Below are positions 9,724-19,961 of a DNA stretch of 64,000 nt, in pieces. This DNA is from Actinomycetes bacterium. Lineage in GTDB: Bacteria > Actinomycetota > Acidimicrobiia > Acidimicrobiales > Bog-793. The notes beneath the pieces were generated by a model. That model searched no databases, was not told where the DNA came from, and worked only from the letters and a program-made list of their open reading frames with translations. Position 1 is the first letter of the stretch. Each line of letters begins with the position of its first letter. Where the stretch lies: contig JAKBPI010000004.1 of the NCBI GenBank assembly GCA_021829645.1, positions 31,750 through 95,749 on the forward strand, in the 5' to 3' direction. The translations under genes were made by a program, and so were the position numbers.

Positions 9724-10365
9724 CTACTTGTCGGTACTTTTAGCCAATGAACCATTTTCAAAATGTGTTTTTGTGATGGAGTTAAATACGTTGTGAGCCA
9801 TTTGCTCTAAGAGATTTTTATCCCCTGAGTTGATAACGATAAAATCTCCGGATCGTATTCTGGTTATGGACGACGACTGTATGGATATCCTATTTTTGAT
9901 GTCATCTTCGGTCATTTTTCTGATTGAGCGCAACCTATCAACGGCTTGATCAACAGGTGTTTCGACAACTATCAATGCCTGTAAGTCGTAAAAATCCGCT
10001 GCCTTTGTCTCAATGAGGAGAGCTCCCTCGATGATCAGGAGGGGAACTTGTTGGGCACTAAGACTCTTGATATCTTCCAAAATTTTATTCCGGAGGTATG
10101 GATGCACTATGGATTCCAAGAGGAGTTTGCGATCGGGAGACAAAAAAGCAGCTGCTGCAAGTTTTTTGCGATCTATTACGGCATCTTGCGTAAGGATATG
10201 GTCGCCAAATGCCTTTACCAATCGGAACTGTAAATCTTTACTATATTTGAGTAATTCATGGGTAAGGGCATCGGCATCTATGACGGTCGCTCCGTTCTTG
10301 TGCAGATAAGAACAGAATAAAGACTTACCAGCTGCTATACCGCCCGTACAGCCAATTCGTATCAC
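9724..10365 (-). CDS. coaE: Dephospho-CoA kinase
   Basis: IGCTGGIAAGKS P-loop, IDAD, DRKKL, IVHP; likely leaderless GTG start at 10365 (TATGAT 6 nt upstream). Confidence 0.92.
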   Translation of the reverse strand: MIRIGCTGGIAAGKSLFCSYLHKNGATVIDADALTHELLKYSKDLQFRLVKAFGDHILTQDAVIDRKKLAAAAFLSPDRKLLLESIVHPYLRNKILEDIKSLSAQQVPLLIIEGALLIETKAADFYDLQALIVVETPVDQAVDRLRSIRKMTEDDIKNRISIQSSSITRIRSGDFIVINSGDKNLLEQMAHNVFNSITKTHFENGSLAKSTDK

Positions 10366-10429
10366 AAGAGAATCATAACGCAAATATTGTCTCAAGATGA
10401 GGATATGAAAGATGAGCGTCGTCGATGCT

Positions 10430-10472
10430 AAAAACAATGCGACTGAGCTCTTTCAAGATCTCAGTCGCATTG
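10430..10472 (-). terminator. Intrinsic terminator of rpsA
   Basis: 13-bp perfect stem CAATGCGACTGAG/CTCAGTCGCATTG followed by a T-run on the minus strand. Confidence 0.85.
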
Positions 10473-10494
10473 GAAGATTGCAAGTCGCTATTCC

Positions 10495-11916
10495 CTATTC
10501 TGTGGCAGATTGAGGGCTTTCTGCTTCGGCGGATAAGCCGTGGGCTTGTAGCTCTTCGTTGACAAAGTCAGCCCATGCGGCTTGTGCTTCTGTTTCGGGT
10601 GTAAATTCCATGTTGGTGTAGCTGTAGAGTGCTCCGATGTAGTTGCCCTCTTCGTCGTAGGCGTGTTCGCCAAAGGCTTCACGGTATTCTTCAGCCACTA
10701 CCCCACCTTCGGCAGCCTGCTTGATAGAAAGACTTATGCGTCTGCGTTGGAGATCGATGTCTATAATCTTCACCCACAGTTCTTCACCTGGTATGACGAC
10801 TTGCTCTGGCAAATCTACATGGTGCACCGCCATTTCTGATATGTGCACCAAGCCTTCTATGCCATCTCCTACCTGTACGAATGCCCCAAAAGGAACCAAC
10901 TTAGTAATTCTACCGTATACAAGTTCGCCGACTTGGTGCGCCATGGCAAATTCGTTCCACGGATCAACCTGTGTGGCTTTTAGCGAAAGACTTATTCTCT
11001 CTTTTGAAAAGTCTACGTCAAGTACTTTCACTGTTACGTTATCTCCAACCGATACTACCGATGCCGGATGATCTACGTGCTTCCAAGACAATTCCGATAC
11101 GTGAATGAGTCCATCCATGCCTCCTAAGTCAACAAAGGCACCGAAGTTTACAACTGATGAAATAACTCCTTGGCGCACCTCGCCTGGTTTCAAGTTGACC
11201 AAGAACTCCCCACGCTGCTCTTTTTGAGTCTCTTCTAGGAATGCTCTTCTGGATAGTACGACGTTATTACGAGTTTTTTCCAGTTCGATAACTTTACATT
11301 CCAATATGCGTCCCATGTAAGGCTGGAGGTCGCGTACACGTCGCAACTCTATCAGGGAAGCAGGGAGGAAGCCCCTTAGTCCTATATCGACTATGAGACC
11401 GCCTTTGACTATTTCTATTACAGGTCCTCTGACAACCCCGTTAGCATCTTTAATTTTTTCTATTTCACCCCAGGCTTTTTCGTATTGGGCACGCTTTTTG
11501 GAGAGAATCAGGCGGCCCTCCTTGTCTTCTTTTTGCAAGACAAGGGCTTCAATGTGGTCATTGAGCGAAACTATTTCATGTGGATGAATATCATTTCTGA
11601 TAGAAAGTTCTTTGGCCGGGATAACCCCTTCTGATTTGAAACCTATATCGAGAAGCACCTCGTCACGGTCAACTTTGACCACTGTTCCAGAAACCAGATC
11701 GCCTTCTTCTAGGTCGATAATAGTTTTGGATATTGCTGCCTCAAAGTCCTCTTTATCTAAGTCATTTTCCGTTATTTGTCTGGGGACATACTGGTCATTT
11801 TCGTCGAAATGTCCCATCGGAAGAAGACTGTGAGGTCTTGTGGGTATTACTGTATCAGGGGGTGCGGAGTCTCCGATACGTGGTGTTGCCGGTATTGTGT
11901 TAGTCAGATCTGACAT
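10495..11916 (-). CDS. rpsA: 30S ribosomal protein S1 (four S1 domains)
   Basis: DIGFKSEGVIP, FGAFVDLGGMDGLIHVSELSW, FGAFVQVGDGIEGLVHISE; ATG 11916 preferred over 11964. Confidence 0.96.
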   Translation of the reverse strand: MSDLTNTIPATPRIGDSAPPDTVIPTRPHSLLPMGHFDENDQYVPRQITENDLDKEDFEAAISKTIIDLEEGDLVSGTVVKVDRDEVLLDIGFKSEGVIPAKELSIRNDIHPHEIVSLNDHIEALVLQKEDKEGRLILSKKRAQYEKAWGEIEKIKDANGVVRGPVIEIVKGGLIVDIGLRGFLPASLIELRRVRDLQPYMGRILECKVIELEKTRNNVVLSRRAFLEETQKEQRGEFLVNLKPGEVRQGVISSVVNFGAFVDLGGMDGLIHVSELSWKHVDHPASVVSVGDNVTVKVLDVDFSKERISLSLKATQVDPWNEFAMAHQVGELVYGRITKLVPFGAFVQVGDGIEGLVHISEMAVHHVDLPEQVVIPGEELWVKIIDIDLQRRRISLSIKQAAEGGVVAEEYREAFGEHAYDEEGNYIGALYSYTNMEFTPETEAQAAWADFVNEELQAHGLSAEAESPQSATE

Positions 11917-12202
11917 AGGGGTATTTTTTGCCTTAAGTATACTCTGGTCGTCAATGTAATTCATTGCTACGCTGACAACAAACGGATATTATAAACAGGT
12001 ATTTTTACTGTATCTTGGATTGAAATCAGCTTTTCCTGTGGTAGGTATTATATACCAAAGCACTGCGATGAATAAGAGTTTTTTCTTAGAAGATCAATTG
12101 CTCACCTTAGTCCTTTCCTGGAAAGTTTGGATAGTAATTGCCTAGAGGGTTATTGTCAGGCATGGATTTGTGAAAGCAATCCCTATGTGTATACTTATAG
12201 AC

Positions 12203-12223
12203 ATGCATTGCTGCGGTTGGTAA
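12203..12223 (+). other. Candidate leaderless micro-ORF MHCCGW upstream of, and in frame with, the SCO-fusion gene
   Basis: TATACT at 12190-12195, 7 nt, then ATG CAT TGC TGC GGT TGG TAA. Confidence 0.4.
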
Positions 12224-12262
12224 TCATATCTGTGTGCAAATGGTCATTTCGAACAGACAATT

Positions 12263-14320
12263 ATGGGCGGAAATAAATTAAATTTAAATTTAGTAGCGAA
12301 AGCTTTTGACTCTAGATTAAGTCAAGAGGCGTTGTTCATATTAATTTTACTGGCGATTACAGCCGTTTTTTTCAATACCATAAAGGCAAAACAGCTAAAG
12401 AGATCAACTAGGCAAGATTCCGGTAATGAAGCTTCCAAAAGCGTTTATACAGATTCCCAACAGAGCACCGCCCGGAGTTTTTCCTCTGTTTCAGAGGCAA
12501 GCTTTAGCAAAATACTGCGAATAGGATTCGGTCTTTTATGGGTACTTGACGGTCTGTTGCAAATGCAGTCTTCTATGTCGATCGAACTCCCCAATTCTGT
12601 CATATTGCCCAGTGAAGCGGGTTCTCCGACGTGGGTAAAAGAAATTGTACAATATACTTTGACGACATGGCAACGCCACCCTATAACATATGCCACAGGT
12701 GTGGCTTGGATCCAACTTGGCATAGGGCTTTTGATCCTGATTGCTCCCAAAGGTTTTGCATTAAGTATAGCAGGAGCATTTAGTGTGTTGTGGGCAATTT
12801 CGGTATGGGTTTTTGGAGAATCCCTGGGTGGCATTCTTGCCCCTCATCCGAGCTGGTTGTTCGGCACCCCGGGAGCTGCCTTAATTTACCTTTTTGCCGG
12901 GATAATGCTTTTCTTGCCAGACGGATATTTTGACGACCCAAGACACAGAAGACGTATTGCCAAAAGCGTAGGGATCTATTTTTTAATAATGCTGATCATT
13001 CAAATTTGGCCCAGTAATAATTATTGGGGTTTTCATACGGCCCATCACAGAATAAATCCGTTGGCACAAGATGTCCTACGGATGGCACAAATGAATCAGC
13101 CGACTTGGTTGAGACAAGCATTGGTTTCGTTTGCCTCTTTTGTCAGTCATGAAGCTTGGACTGTCAACTTGGTCGTTTCACTTGTCTTGGGGTTGAGTGC
13201 TCTTTCTTTTTTGCTGCCGTACAGGCGTTTGCGACATCACGTATTTATTTTACAATCGGTTTTAATGGTCTTTAGCTGGGTATTTTTCCAGGATTTGGGA
13301 TTTATCGGCGGCGTTGGGACAGACCCGAATTCTATGATGCCAACTTTGATTATTGTTTCTGCCGTCTACGTCTTGGAATACGGAAATCTTATCAATTTTA
13401 GTAAGGCAGATTTTTTTGCAAAACTTTCTCGTTTGTATCCGGTCAGACAAAAGTCTAGGATTTCCATATCCGCACTCGCTACTGGAGGGATTACAGAGAG
13501 TTTGAGCGATCTAACCATTGCCAAAGCTTCAAGCTCTGACCCCGCTGGCTTATCACAGCTCACGCCTTCTTCTGTTGCTGAAAACCCTTCTATCGGTGAC
13601 AAGTTCTCCAATATTAAGAGTGTCTGGCAACGTCTCAAAGAAAAGCCGCTCAGCACGTTACTCAGACTTTTTATGTCAGTGGAAGCCACCGGGGTAATTG
13701 CACTGGGAGCTTTACCGATTGCCATAGATATGGGTAATCCAAGCGTGTCACCCTTGGTGGCAGAGGCCTATGTGGGGGTTCCTTATAAGACAGATAGCAT
13801 TGCGCAAAACTTTACTTTGGTGAATCAAAATGGAGATACAACAAGCCTTAGCCAGTACAGGCATAAGAAGCTGATTTTTTTAGTCTTTTTAGATCCGGTA
13901 TGCACCTCGGCCTGTCCTTTGATAGCCCAAGAGGTAAAGAAGACGGACATGCTTCTGGCGGCCCAGGGACGGTTTGTGGAATTTATTGCCATAGATGCCA
14001 ACCCCCTCTACCGTTCTACGGCTTACCTGGATGCATTTGACACCGCAGAGCAGATGAATACTCTGTCGAACTGGGAATATCTGACAGGCGGCAAAAAGGC
14101 CCTAAATAATATCTGGAACAATTATGGCATAAGTGTTTCTTATGCTTCGGCTGGGGCTATGGTGATCCACTCTGAAGTTGCCTATGTTATAAATCCCGAT
14201 GGGAAAATAGTGGAAATATTGAATGACAGTCCTGTATACGGAAATCACATCGTCAAAGCGTCGTTTGCGTCAATGTTTTACGATGCAATCAGCAAGTATT
14301 TACCACAAAACATCCATTGA
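12263..14320 (+). CDS. Multi-pass membrane protein fused to a C-terminal SCO/SenC copper-chaperone domain
   Basis: About 10 hydrophobic segments in two related halves; FTLVNQNG, FLDPVCTSACP (CxxxC) and HSEVAYVINPDGKI SCO motifs. Confidence 0.82.
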   Translation: MGGNKLNLNLVAKAFDSRLSQEALFILILLAITAVFFNTIKAKQLKRSTRQDSGNEASKSVYTDSQQSTARSFSSVSEASFSKILRIGFGLLWVLDGLLQMQSSMSIELPNSVILPSEAGSPTWVKEIVQYTLTTWQRHPITYATGVAWIQLGIGLLILIAPKGFALSIAGAFSVLWAISVWVFGESLGGILAPHPSWLFGTPGAALIYLFAGIMLFLPDGYFDDPRHRRRIAKSVGIYFLIMLIIQIWPSNNYWGFHTAHHRINPLAQDVLRMAQMNQPTWLRQALVSFASFVSHEAWTVNLVVSLVLGLSALSFLLPYRRLRHHVFILQSVLMVFSWVFFQDLGFIGGVGTDPNSMMPTLIIVSAVYVLEYGNLINFSKADFFAKLSRLYPVRQKSRISISALATGGITESLSDLTIAKASSSDPAGLSQLTPSSVAENPSIGDKFSNIKSVWQRLKEKPLSTLLRLFMSVEATGVIALGALPIAIDMGNPSVSPLVAEAYVGVPYKTDSIAQNFTLVNQNGDTTSLSQYRHKKLIFLVFLDPVCTSACPLIAQEVKKTDMLLAAQGRFVEFIAIDANPLYRSTAYLDAFDTAEQMNTLSNWEYLTGGKKALNNIWNNYGISVSYASAGAMVIHSEVAYVINPDGKIVEILNDSPVYGNHIVKASFASMFYDAISKYLPQNIH

Positions 14321-14323
14321 GTT

Positions 14324-15634
14324 ATGAAAATTTATAAACTTACTTTAACGAAAATACTCGCCTTTTTCTTACTGCTGGGATTTTTGCTGTCGTATATTAT
14401 CCCTACACCATATACTTATGGTCTTAATTCCAAAGGTTTCGTGCAAAGAAAAATTCTCAAATGGCCTACAGCGGCGTTGCCGACGAGTGTGGTAAGTGGC
14501 AATGCTACGGTCGTCTCTTTATCCATGGGATCAAAAAATAACGTCTTAAATAGGTTTTGGCAGTTGTTTACCTACGATCAGGATTTGCATAAGTGGCAAA
14601 ACATAGTCGGTAATATCGGGGTGGCAACTAATGGAGGTTTCTCGGTAGTGTCAGATGAGAACAACCAATTTCTTTTGGCTGTTTTCCCTGCTATTCTACT
14701 CAGATTCTCTCCTGTTGATATTCTAAAAATCACTACTGCCAAAAAAGTGGCAACCTCTTATGTGGCATTACCTCCGATGACACAGGCCTTATCGCATTCT
14801 CTTTCCAATATTACTCAAATAAACAGCAGTACTTTTATGTCTGCCGTGCAAACCCCTACCGGGAGTTACCCAGAAGTTACGTCTACTTCTTCCGCAGTTT
14901 GGCACAAAGTAAGCCTTTTCTCTTCGAATAAATCGAATTGTCGACCGGATAACATTTCCTCTCTTTTTAATGCAAATAATTTTTTACTGTTTGGAACGGA
15001 TTGTATTGTTTCTGATTACCAATCCCCCATCTTTTATGGCGCTCATATCCAAAATGCCGTTAAAGCACTCCAGATCAAGAGTATCGAAGTGTCATTTAAA
15101 AATATTGTGCCACACCGTTATGTAAGTCATACCCTGACAAGCGATACGGTATTATGGGAGCCTCTCGCTAAATCTCTTTCCACACAAACCACGACCTTTG
15201 CCGGTGGGTTGGCGGTCGTGTCGTCGGCAGGTAAATATACCTCACCCGTCGGTCTGTATACTTTTGGCGTGTCAGAAACAAAAAGTATTGAGAATAGAAA
15301 TGTCGTTTTGCACACAAAAGCAAACAGCTTTCTCTCGTTGCCGCTTTTTGCAAACATTATTTCTCTGGGCAGTTATGGAACGTCCGGATATTTTGTTTTG
15401 GTGAAATATCCAAATAAAAAAACTTATCTATTTTTAGAGAGATCTTTGGGAACCAAGTGGGTAGAGATTGCTGGTTTACCGCATGCCGTACAGACCATCG
15501 CCACACTAAGTAGTGGTGTTATACAGGCATTTAGTGTCTCAGGTAATATCTTGCATATATACAATTACGCCAAAGACAAATGGTTGTTGACACAGACTAT
15601 TGAAGTCCCAATCCAATATGGCAGTTCAAGCTAG
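14324..15634 (+). CDS. Secreted or membrane-anchored hypothetical protein coupled to the SCO fusion
   Basis: N-terminal signal/TM segment; starts 3 nt after the upstream stop; beta-rich sequence. Confidence 0.7.
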   Translation: MKIYKLTLTKILAFFLLLGFLLSYIIPTPYTYGLNSKGFVQRKILKWPTAALPTSVVSGNATVVSLSMGSKNNVLNRFWQLFTYDQDLHKWQNIVGNIGVATNGGFSVVSDENNQFLLAVFPAILLRFSPVDILKITTAKKVATSYVALPPMTQALSHSLSNITQINSSTFMSAVQTPTGSYPEVTSTSSAVWHKVSLFSSNKSNCRPDNISSLFNANNFLLFGTDCIVSDYQSPIFYGAHIQNAVKALQIKSIEVSFKNIVPHRYVSHTLTSDTVLWEPLAKSLSTQTTTFAGGLAVVSSAGKYTSPVGLYTFGVSETKSIENRNVVLHTKANSFLSLPLFANIISLGSYGTSGYFVLVKYPNKKTYLFLERSLGTKWVEIAGLPHAVQTIATLSSGVIQAFSVSGNILHIYNYAKDKWLLTQTIEVPIQYGSSS

Positions 15635-18549
15635 CTTTCTTTTGTCTCAGCCCAACTTCTTCCCCAGCCAATATTGACTTCTAGGGGAACGTCAAGAAGA
15701 ATTGCCCCTTCCATTTCCTGTTGGCAACATGTGATCATGTAATCCTTTTCCGCAAAAGGAACTTCCAAAATAATCTCGTCGTGAACTTGTAGAACTATGC
15801 GAGAGCGCAATTGCTGATCGGTGATCACTTGATCGATATTTATTAAAGCCACTTTAAAAATATCAGCGGCTAGGCCCTGTATACCTGCATTCATGGCTTG
15901 GCGCTCTCCCGCTTGCCGCAATGTTCTATTGGATGAATTCAGATCATTGATATAGCGACGTCTGTGGAGTAGTGTTGTGGTGTAACCGTCATCCCTTGCA
16001 TTCCGAATTGTGTTTGACATGTAATTTTTAACTTGAGGGAAAGCCGCAAAATAGCTTTCCAATATTGCCTGCGCTTCGCTAACTTCTATACCAAGGCGCT
16101 GGGCAAGACCGTATGCCTCCATGCCATAGATAAGACCGTAGCTCACCATCTTTGCTTTTTGGCGCATTGCAGACGTTACTTGTTCAGGGGCTATGCCAAA
16201 AACCCCAGCAGCTGTGGCAGTATGAATATCTAAATTATCAGAAAATGCCTGTATAAGACCAGGATCTTTAGAAAGATGGGCAATAATCCTGAGTTCTATT
16301 TGATTGTAATCGGCCGCTATTAAGATGTGGTTCTCTTCTGCTATAAATGCCTCGCGAAATCTTTTGCCGTCTTTTGTTCTCAAAGGTATATTGTGCAAAT
16401 TTGGTTTATCTGAAGATAGTCTTCCGGTACGGGCAACAGTTTGGTGAAACGTTGCATGTATGCGTCCGTCTTTTTGGATTTCTTTAATCAGGCCCAATGC
16501 ATAAGTTGATCTCAACTTTTCCAGTTCTCGATGGCGCAGAATGTATTGAATGATCGGATGCTGTAGTTTTAATTTTTCCAAGCTGGCGGCATCAGTAGAA
16601 AAAGAGGTTTTACCCTTGGTTTTTTTTACGGGAGCCAGACCAAGCCTATCGTATAGAATATGACTCAATTGCTTAGGGGAGTTGAGATTAAATGTCTCTT
16701 GGGCAAGATCGAATACTTTTGTTTCTAGATCACTAAGTTCATCCGTTAAGTCTGACAATATCGCTTCGAGTTGGACTCTATCAACCTTGATGCCGCAAAA
16801 TTCCATTTTAGCCAGTACGGTCTCTAGGGGTATTTCTATTTCGTGTAAAAGCACCAACCCATGTACAGACTTCAATTCTTTTGCCAACTTATATGTTAAG
16901 AGAATTAGAATCATCAAATCCTCAGGAAAAGTATTTCCCTCTTCCGTGGTCGCCGTCATAGAGAATTCTAATTGGACTACATCCTTTGTTGAAGTAAAAT
17001 CTCGGCGTACATCGCTGTCCAAAAACTTTTCCGCCAAGCCGCGTAAGTCCATTTGTCCTATGTCCGCATCAAGTAGATATCCGGCGAGTAAAGCGTCAAA
17101 TAAAATATGCTTTATGCAAACCCCATATCCCAAAAGATAACACAATAAGGGTTTTAGGGCATAGGAAATACAGAAGTTTTCTCCAGTTGCAAATGAGTTA
17201 AATGCCTTAAAAATGTCAGGATCGCCTAAGTGTCTTAGCTCAAAAGTCAATACTGCTGAAACAGGCGATTCGCTGTCGGATGGTTCATTTAGATAATGGG
17301 GTTCCCAAGGGTGAATTCTTTCTACTTCCAGAACATGCTTTTGAAAAAAATTATTTTTCTTGGCAAGAAAGTTCCTGGTAAATTCTTCTGAAGTTTCAAG
17401 AATTGCTGTCGAAATAACGGTATCGTCTGATGTTTTCTCTTTATCGTAAAGAAGGAGATATATGTTGCTTTTGTTATTTAGACTTTCAAAGAAATCAATA
17501 ATTTCTTCTTTTGTGGCCAAGCGTTTTAAAGATTCAGTTTGTACTTCGGTAAGCGTAACGGGATCAGTAGCGGGTGTAGCAGTATCTTCGGTTTCTGTGG
17601 CTAGCACATCGGTTTCTGTGGCTAGCACAACATCTCTGCCGATATCTATGGCGCTTTGATGGTGTGCATATTTGGTGTCTAGAATCTTGAGTATCTTTTC
17701 TTTGGTACTTTTGATTCGATATTTACCAAAAAGTTCGTTTAGTAGCTGACGGTCTTCGCGTCCGAGAGTTAAATCTCCAAAAGAAAAATTAATCGGAACA
17801 TCTCTCACCGCCAATGTCATCCGAAGATTTAGGTATACCCTTTCCCTGGCACTTTGCAGTGCCTCTTTTTGCTTTGGTGGGTATTCTTCCAAGTGTTTGT
17901 ATATTCCATCGAGATCATGATGCATATTGATCAGCTTTGCCGCTGTTTTTGGACCTATCCCCGGCGCTCCAGGCAGATTGTCGGAAGGATCTCCTCTTAG
18001 GGCTGCCAAGACGGGATAAGAACTTGGCATGACCTCTGTGCGATCTAAGATACCTTTTTCGTCGTAGATGACATAGTCTTTGACTCCGTGCATGAGATAT
18101 AAGACTTTAACGTAGGGGTCTTTTACCAGTTGGAATGAGTCGCGGTCGCCGGTTACGATCACAACCTCACTGCTTTCTTCTGCCGCTTTAGTGGCAATGG
18201 TTGCAATGAGGTCATCTGCTTCGTAGTAGGGGTGTTCCACGATTAAGAAGTTAAATGCGCTGGCAATTTCTTTTATTGCCTCTACCTGAAAAATCAGTGA
18301 TTCGGGAGTTTCCGGTCTACCTTCTTTGTAGTGGGGGTCCAGTTCACTTCGAAAAGTCGGCTCCGGTCTGTCAAAAGCAATAGCAATTCCCGTAGGGTGG
18401 GTGTCTTCCAGTAATTTGGCGAATGTAGAGTAAAACCCATGTATGGCGTGCGTCTCGTTTCCCTTGTCGTCAGATAGTCCGGAAGCAAGTAGGGCGAAGT
18501 AAGCCCGATACGCCAAGGAATGTCCGTCTAGTAACAAATATTTGTTCAC
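15631..18549 (-). CDS. polA: DNA polymerase I
   Basis: LLLDGHSLAYRAYFAL 5'-3' exonuclease domain; RTGRLSS, ADYNQIELR, YGLIYG and QVHDE polymerase motifs. Confidence 0.97.
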   Translation of the reverse strand: MNKYLLLDGHSLAYRAYFALLASGLSDDKGNETHAIHGFYSTFAKLLEDTHPTGIAIAFDRPEPTFRSELDPHYKEGRPETPESLIFQVEAIKEIASAFNFLIVEHPYYEADDLIATIATKAAEESSEVVIVTGDRDSFQLVKDPYVKVLYLMHGVKDYVIYDEKGILDRTEVMPSSYPVLAALRGDPSDNLPGAPGIGPKTAAKLINMHHDLDGIYKHLEEYPPKQKEALQSARERVYLNLRMTLAVRDVPINFSFGDLTLGREDRQLLNELFGKYRIKSTKEKILKILDTKYAHHQSAIDIGRDVVLATETDVLATETEDTATPATDPVTLTEVQTESLKRLATKEEIIDFFESLNNKSNIYLLLYDKEKTSDDTVISTAILETSEEFTRNFLAKKNNFFQKHVLEVERIHPWEPHYLNEPSDSESPVSAVLTFELRHLGDPDIFKAFNSFATGENFCISYALKPLLCYLLGYGVCIKHILFDALLAGYLLDADIGQMDLRGLAEKFLDSDVRRDFTSTKDVVQLEFSMTATTEEGNTFPEDLMILILLTYKLAKELKSVHGLVLLHEIEIPLETVLAKMEFCGIKVDRVQLEAILSDLTDELSDLETKVFDLAQETFNLNSPKQLSHILYDRLGLAPVKKTKGKTSFSTDAASLEKLKLQHPIIQYILRHRELEKLRSTYALGLIKEIQKDGRIHATFHQTVARTGRLSSDKPNLHNIPLRTKDGKRFREAFIAEENHILIAADYNQIELRIIAHLSKDPGLIQAFSDNLDIHTATAAGVFGIAPEQVTSAMRQKAKMVSYGLIYGMEAYGLAQRLGIEVSEAQAILESYFAAFPQVKNYMSNTIRNARDDGYTTTLLHRRRYINDLNSSNRTLRQAGERQAMNAGIQGLAADIFKVALINIDQVITDQQLRSRIVLQVHDEIILEVPFAEKDYMITCCQQEMEGAILLDVPLEVNIGWGRSWAETKES
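17588..17629. repeat. 21-bp in-frame tandem duplication in the PolA linker
   Basis: TCGGTTTCTGTGGCTAGCACA x2, encoding VLATETD VLATETE. Confidence 0.9.
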
Positions 18550-18638
18550 TTTTGCAGCCTACCTTGTCAGCGCTGTCTTTGTCTGTAAAATAAAAAAGAG
18601 CTTTCTCCAAACTGCCAAATATCGGTAGAATATACTTT

Positions 18639-19316
18639 ATGGCAGACGGCTATCACCCACCATTGGAAGAGTATTTAGAGGCTATCTATTCCTTGAGTGA
18701 AGAAGGTACCTCAACCATACAAGCGCGTGTTGCTGAAAGACTCGGTCACACTCCACAGACCGTATCGGAAACCGTTCATAGGCTTATCGATGAAGGCTAT
18801 TTGACCATCAATCAGCAGAAAATGATAGATTTTACTCCGATCGGACGCAAGCTGAGTGAATCCATTGTCAGACGGCATCGACTCGCCGAACGTTTCATAG
18901 TTGAGATCGTCGGTCTCCCGTGGAGCCAGGCTCACATAGAAGCGGGACGGTGGGAACATGTTATTTCTCCGGAGGTTGAGAAACGCTTCGTGGAATTACT
19001 TGGCAACCCCACAACTTGTCCGCATGGAAACCCTATCCCCGGAACTCCTTATTCCACCACACGACAATATCCGTTATCAGAAATTGCTAACAGCACCGAA
19101 GTGGTGGTCAAAAGGATTACGGAACAAGTTGAAGTCAGTCATGAAATGTTGATTTATCTTGAATTAAACGGTATTATGCCTGGATCTCATGTTCAGATCA
19201 ATGCCAAAACCCAAGACAGAACATTGATGCTTGAAGTTTTAGATCCATACAAAAAAGAACCGGTATTGATAGAAAACCGTTTAGCGGATCAAATATTTTG
19301 CATATTGCCGCAGTAG
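18639..19316 (+). CDS. DtxR/IdeR/MntR-family metal-dependent repressor
   Basis: EEYLEAIY, RRHRLAERF, EAGRWEH, CPHGNPIP; C-terminal FeoA/SH3-like domain. Confidence 0.93.
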   Translation: MADGYHPPLEEYLEAIYSLSEEGTSTIQARVAERLGHTPQTVSETVHRLIDEGYLTINQQKMIDFTPIGRKLSESIVRRHRLAERFIVEIVGLPWSQAHIEAGRWEHVISPEVEKRFVELLGNPTTCPHGNPIPGTPYSTTRQYPLSEIANSTEVVVKRITEQVEVSHEMLIYLELNGIMPGSHVQINAKTQDRTLMLEVLDPYKKEPVLIENRLADQIFCILPQ

Positions 19317-19358
19317 AGTAAGATCAATGTCTGTAAAGGTATTTACCGAGTCCAATTT

Positions 19359-19961
19359 TTAGACTTGGTTTGGTCTGAGTCCGGACTCGACTATTTCTCT
19401 GGATACTTCTCTCATGCTGAGGCGTCTGTCCATAGCGGTTTTCTGGATAAACGAGAATGCATCCTGTTCACTCAGTCGTAAATCATCCATCAAGCGACCT
19501 TTGGCTCTGTCAACCCACCGTCTTGTTTCCAATTGTTCGGCTAGACCTCTTTTGTCTGCTGCCAAAGTGGCATTTTCCTCTTCAAGTGCCTGTATTTCAC
19601 GAAATCTTGCCAAGGCGACTTCAATAGCAGGTAAAAGTTCTTCTTTTTGAAATGGTTTGACCAAATAAGCTAACGCCCCGGCGTCTCTGGCCTTGTCGAT
19701 GAGTGATCTTTGACTGAATGCAGTCAAAATCAAAATAGCCAATTTTTCATTGGCTTGGATTTGCTTAGCTGCGCTCAAGCCGTCAAGGCCGGGCATTTTG
19801 ATATCCATGATAATAAGGTCAGGTTTTAGCTCGGATGCCAGTCGGATAGCTTCATCACCCCTACCAGTTTCACCGACGACGTCGTAACCTTCTTCCGTTA
19901 ACATTTCCCGCAGATCAAGTCGGACTATGGCTTCATCTTCTGCAACAAGTACCCTGGTCAT
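19359..19961 (-). CDS. ANTAR-domain response regulator (PdtaR-like)
   Basis: Receiver domain (AEDE, MDIKMP, YLVKPF) plus ANTAR domain (VDRAKGRLM...AFSFIQKTAMDRR). Confidence 0.93.
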   Translation of the reverse strand: MTRVLVAEDEAIVRLDLREMLTEEGYDVVGETGRGDEAIRLASELKPDLIIMDIKMPGLDGLSAAKQIQANEKLAILILTAFSQRSLIDKARDAGALAYLVKPFQKEELLPAIEVALARFREIQALEEENATLAADKRGLAEQLETRRWVDRAKGRLMDDLRLSEQDAFSFIQKTAMDRRLSMREVSREIVESGLRPNQV

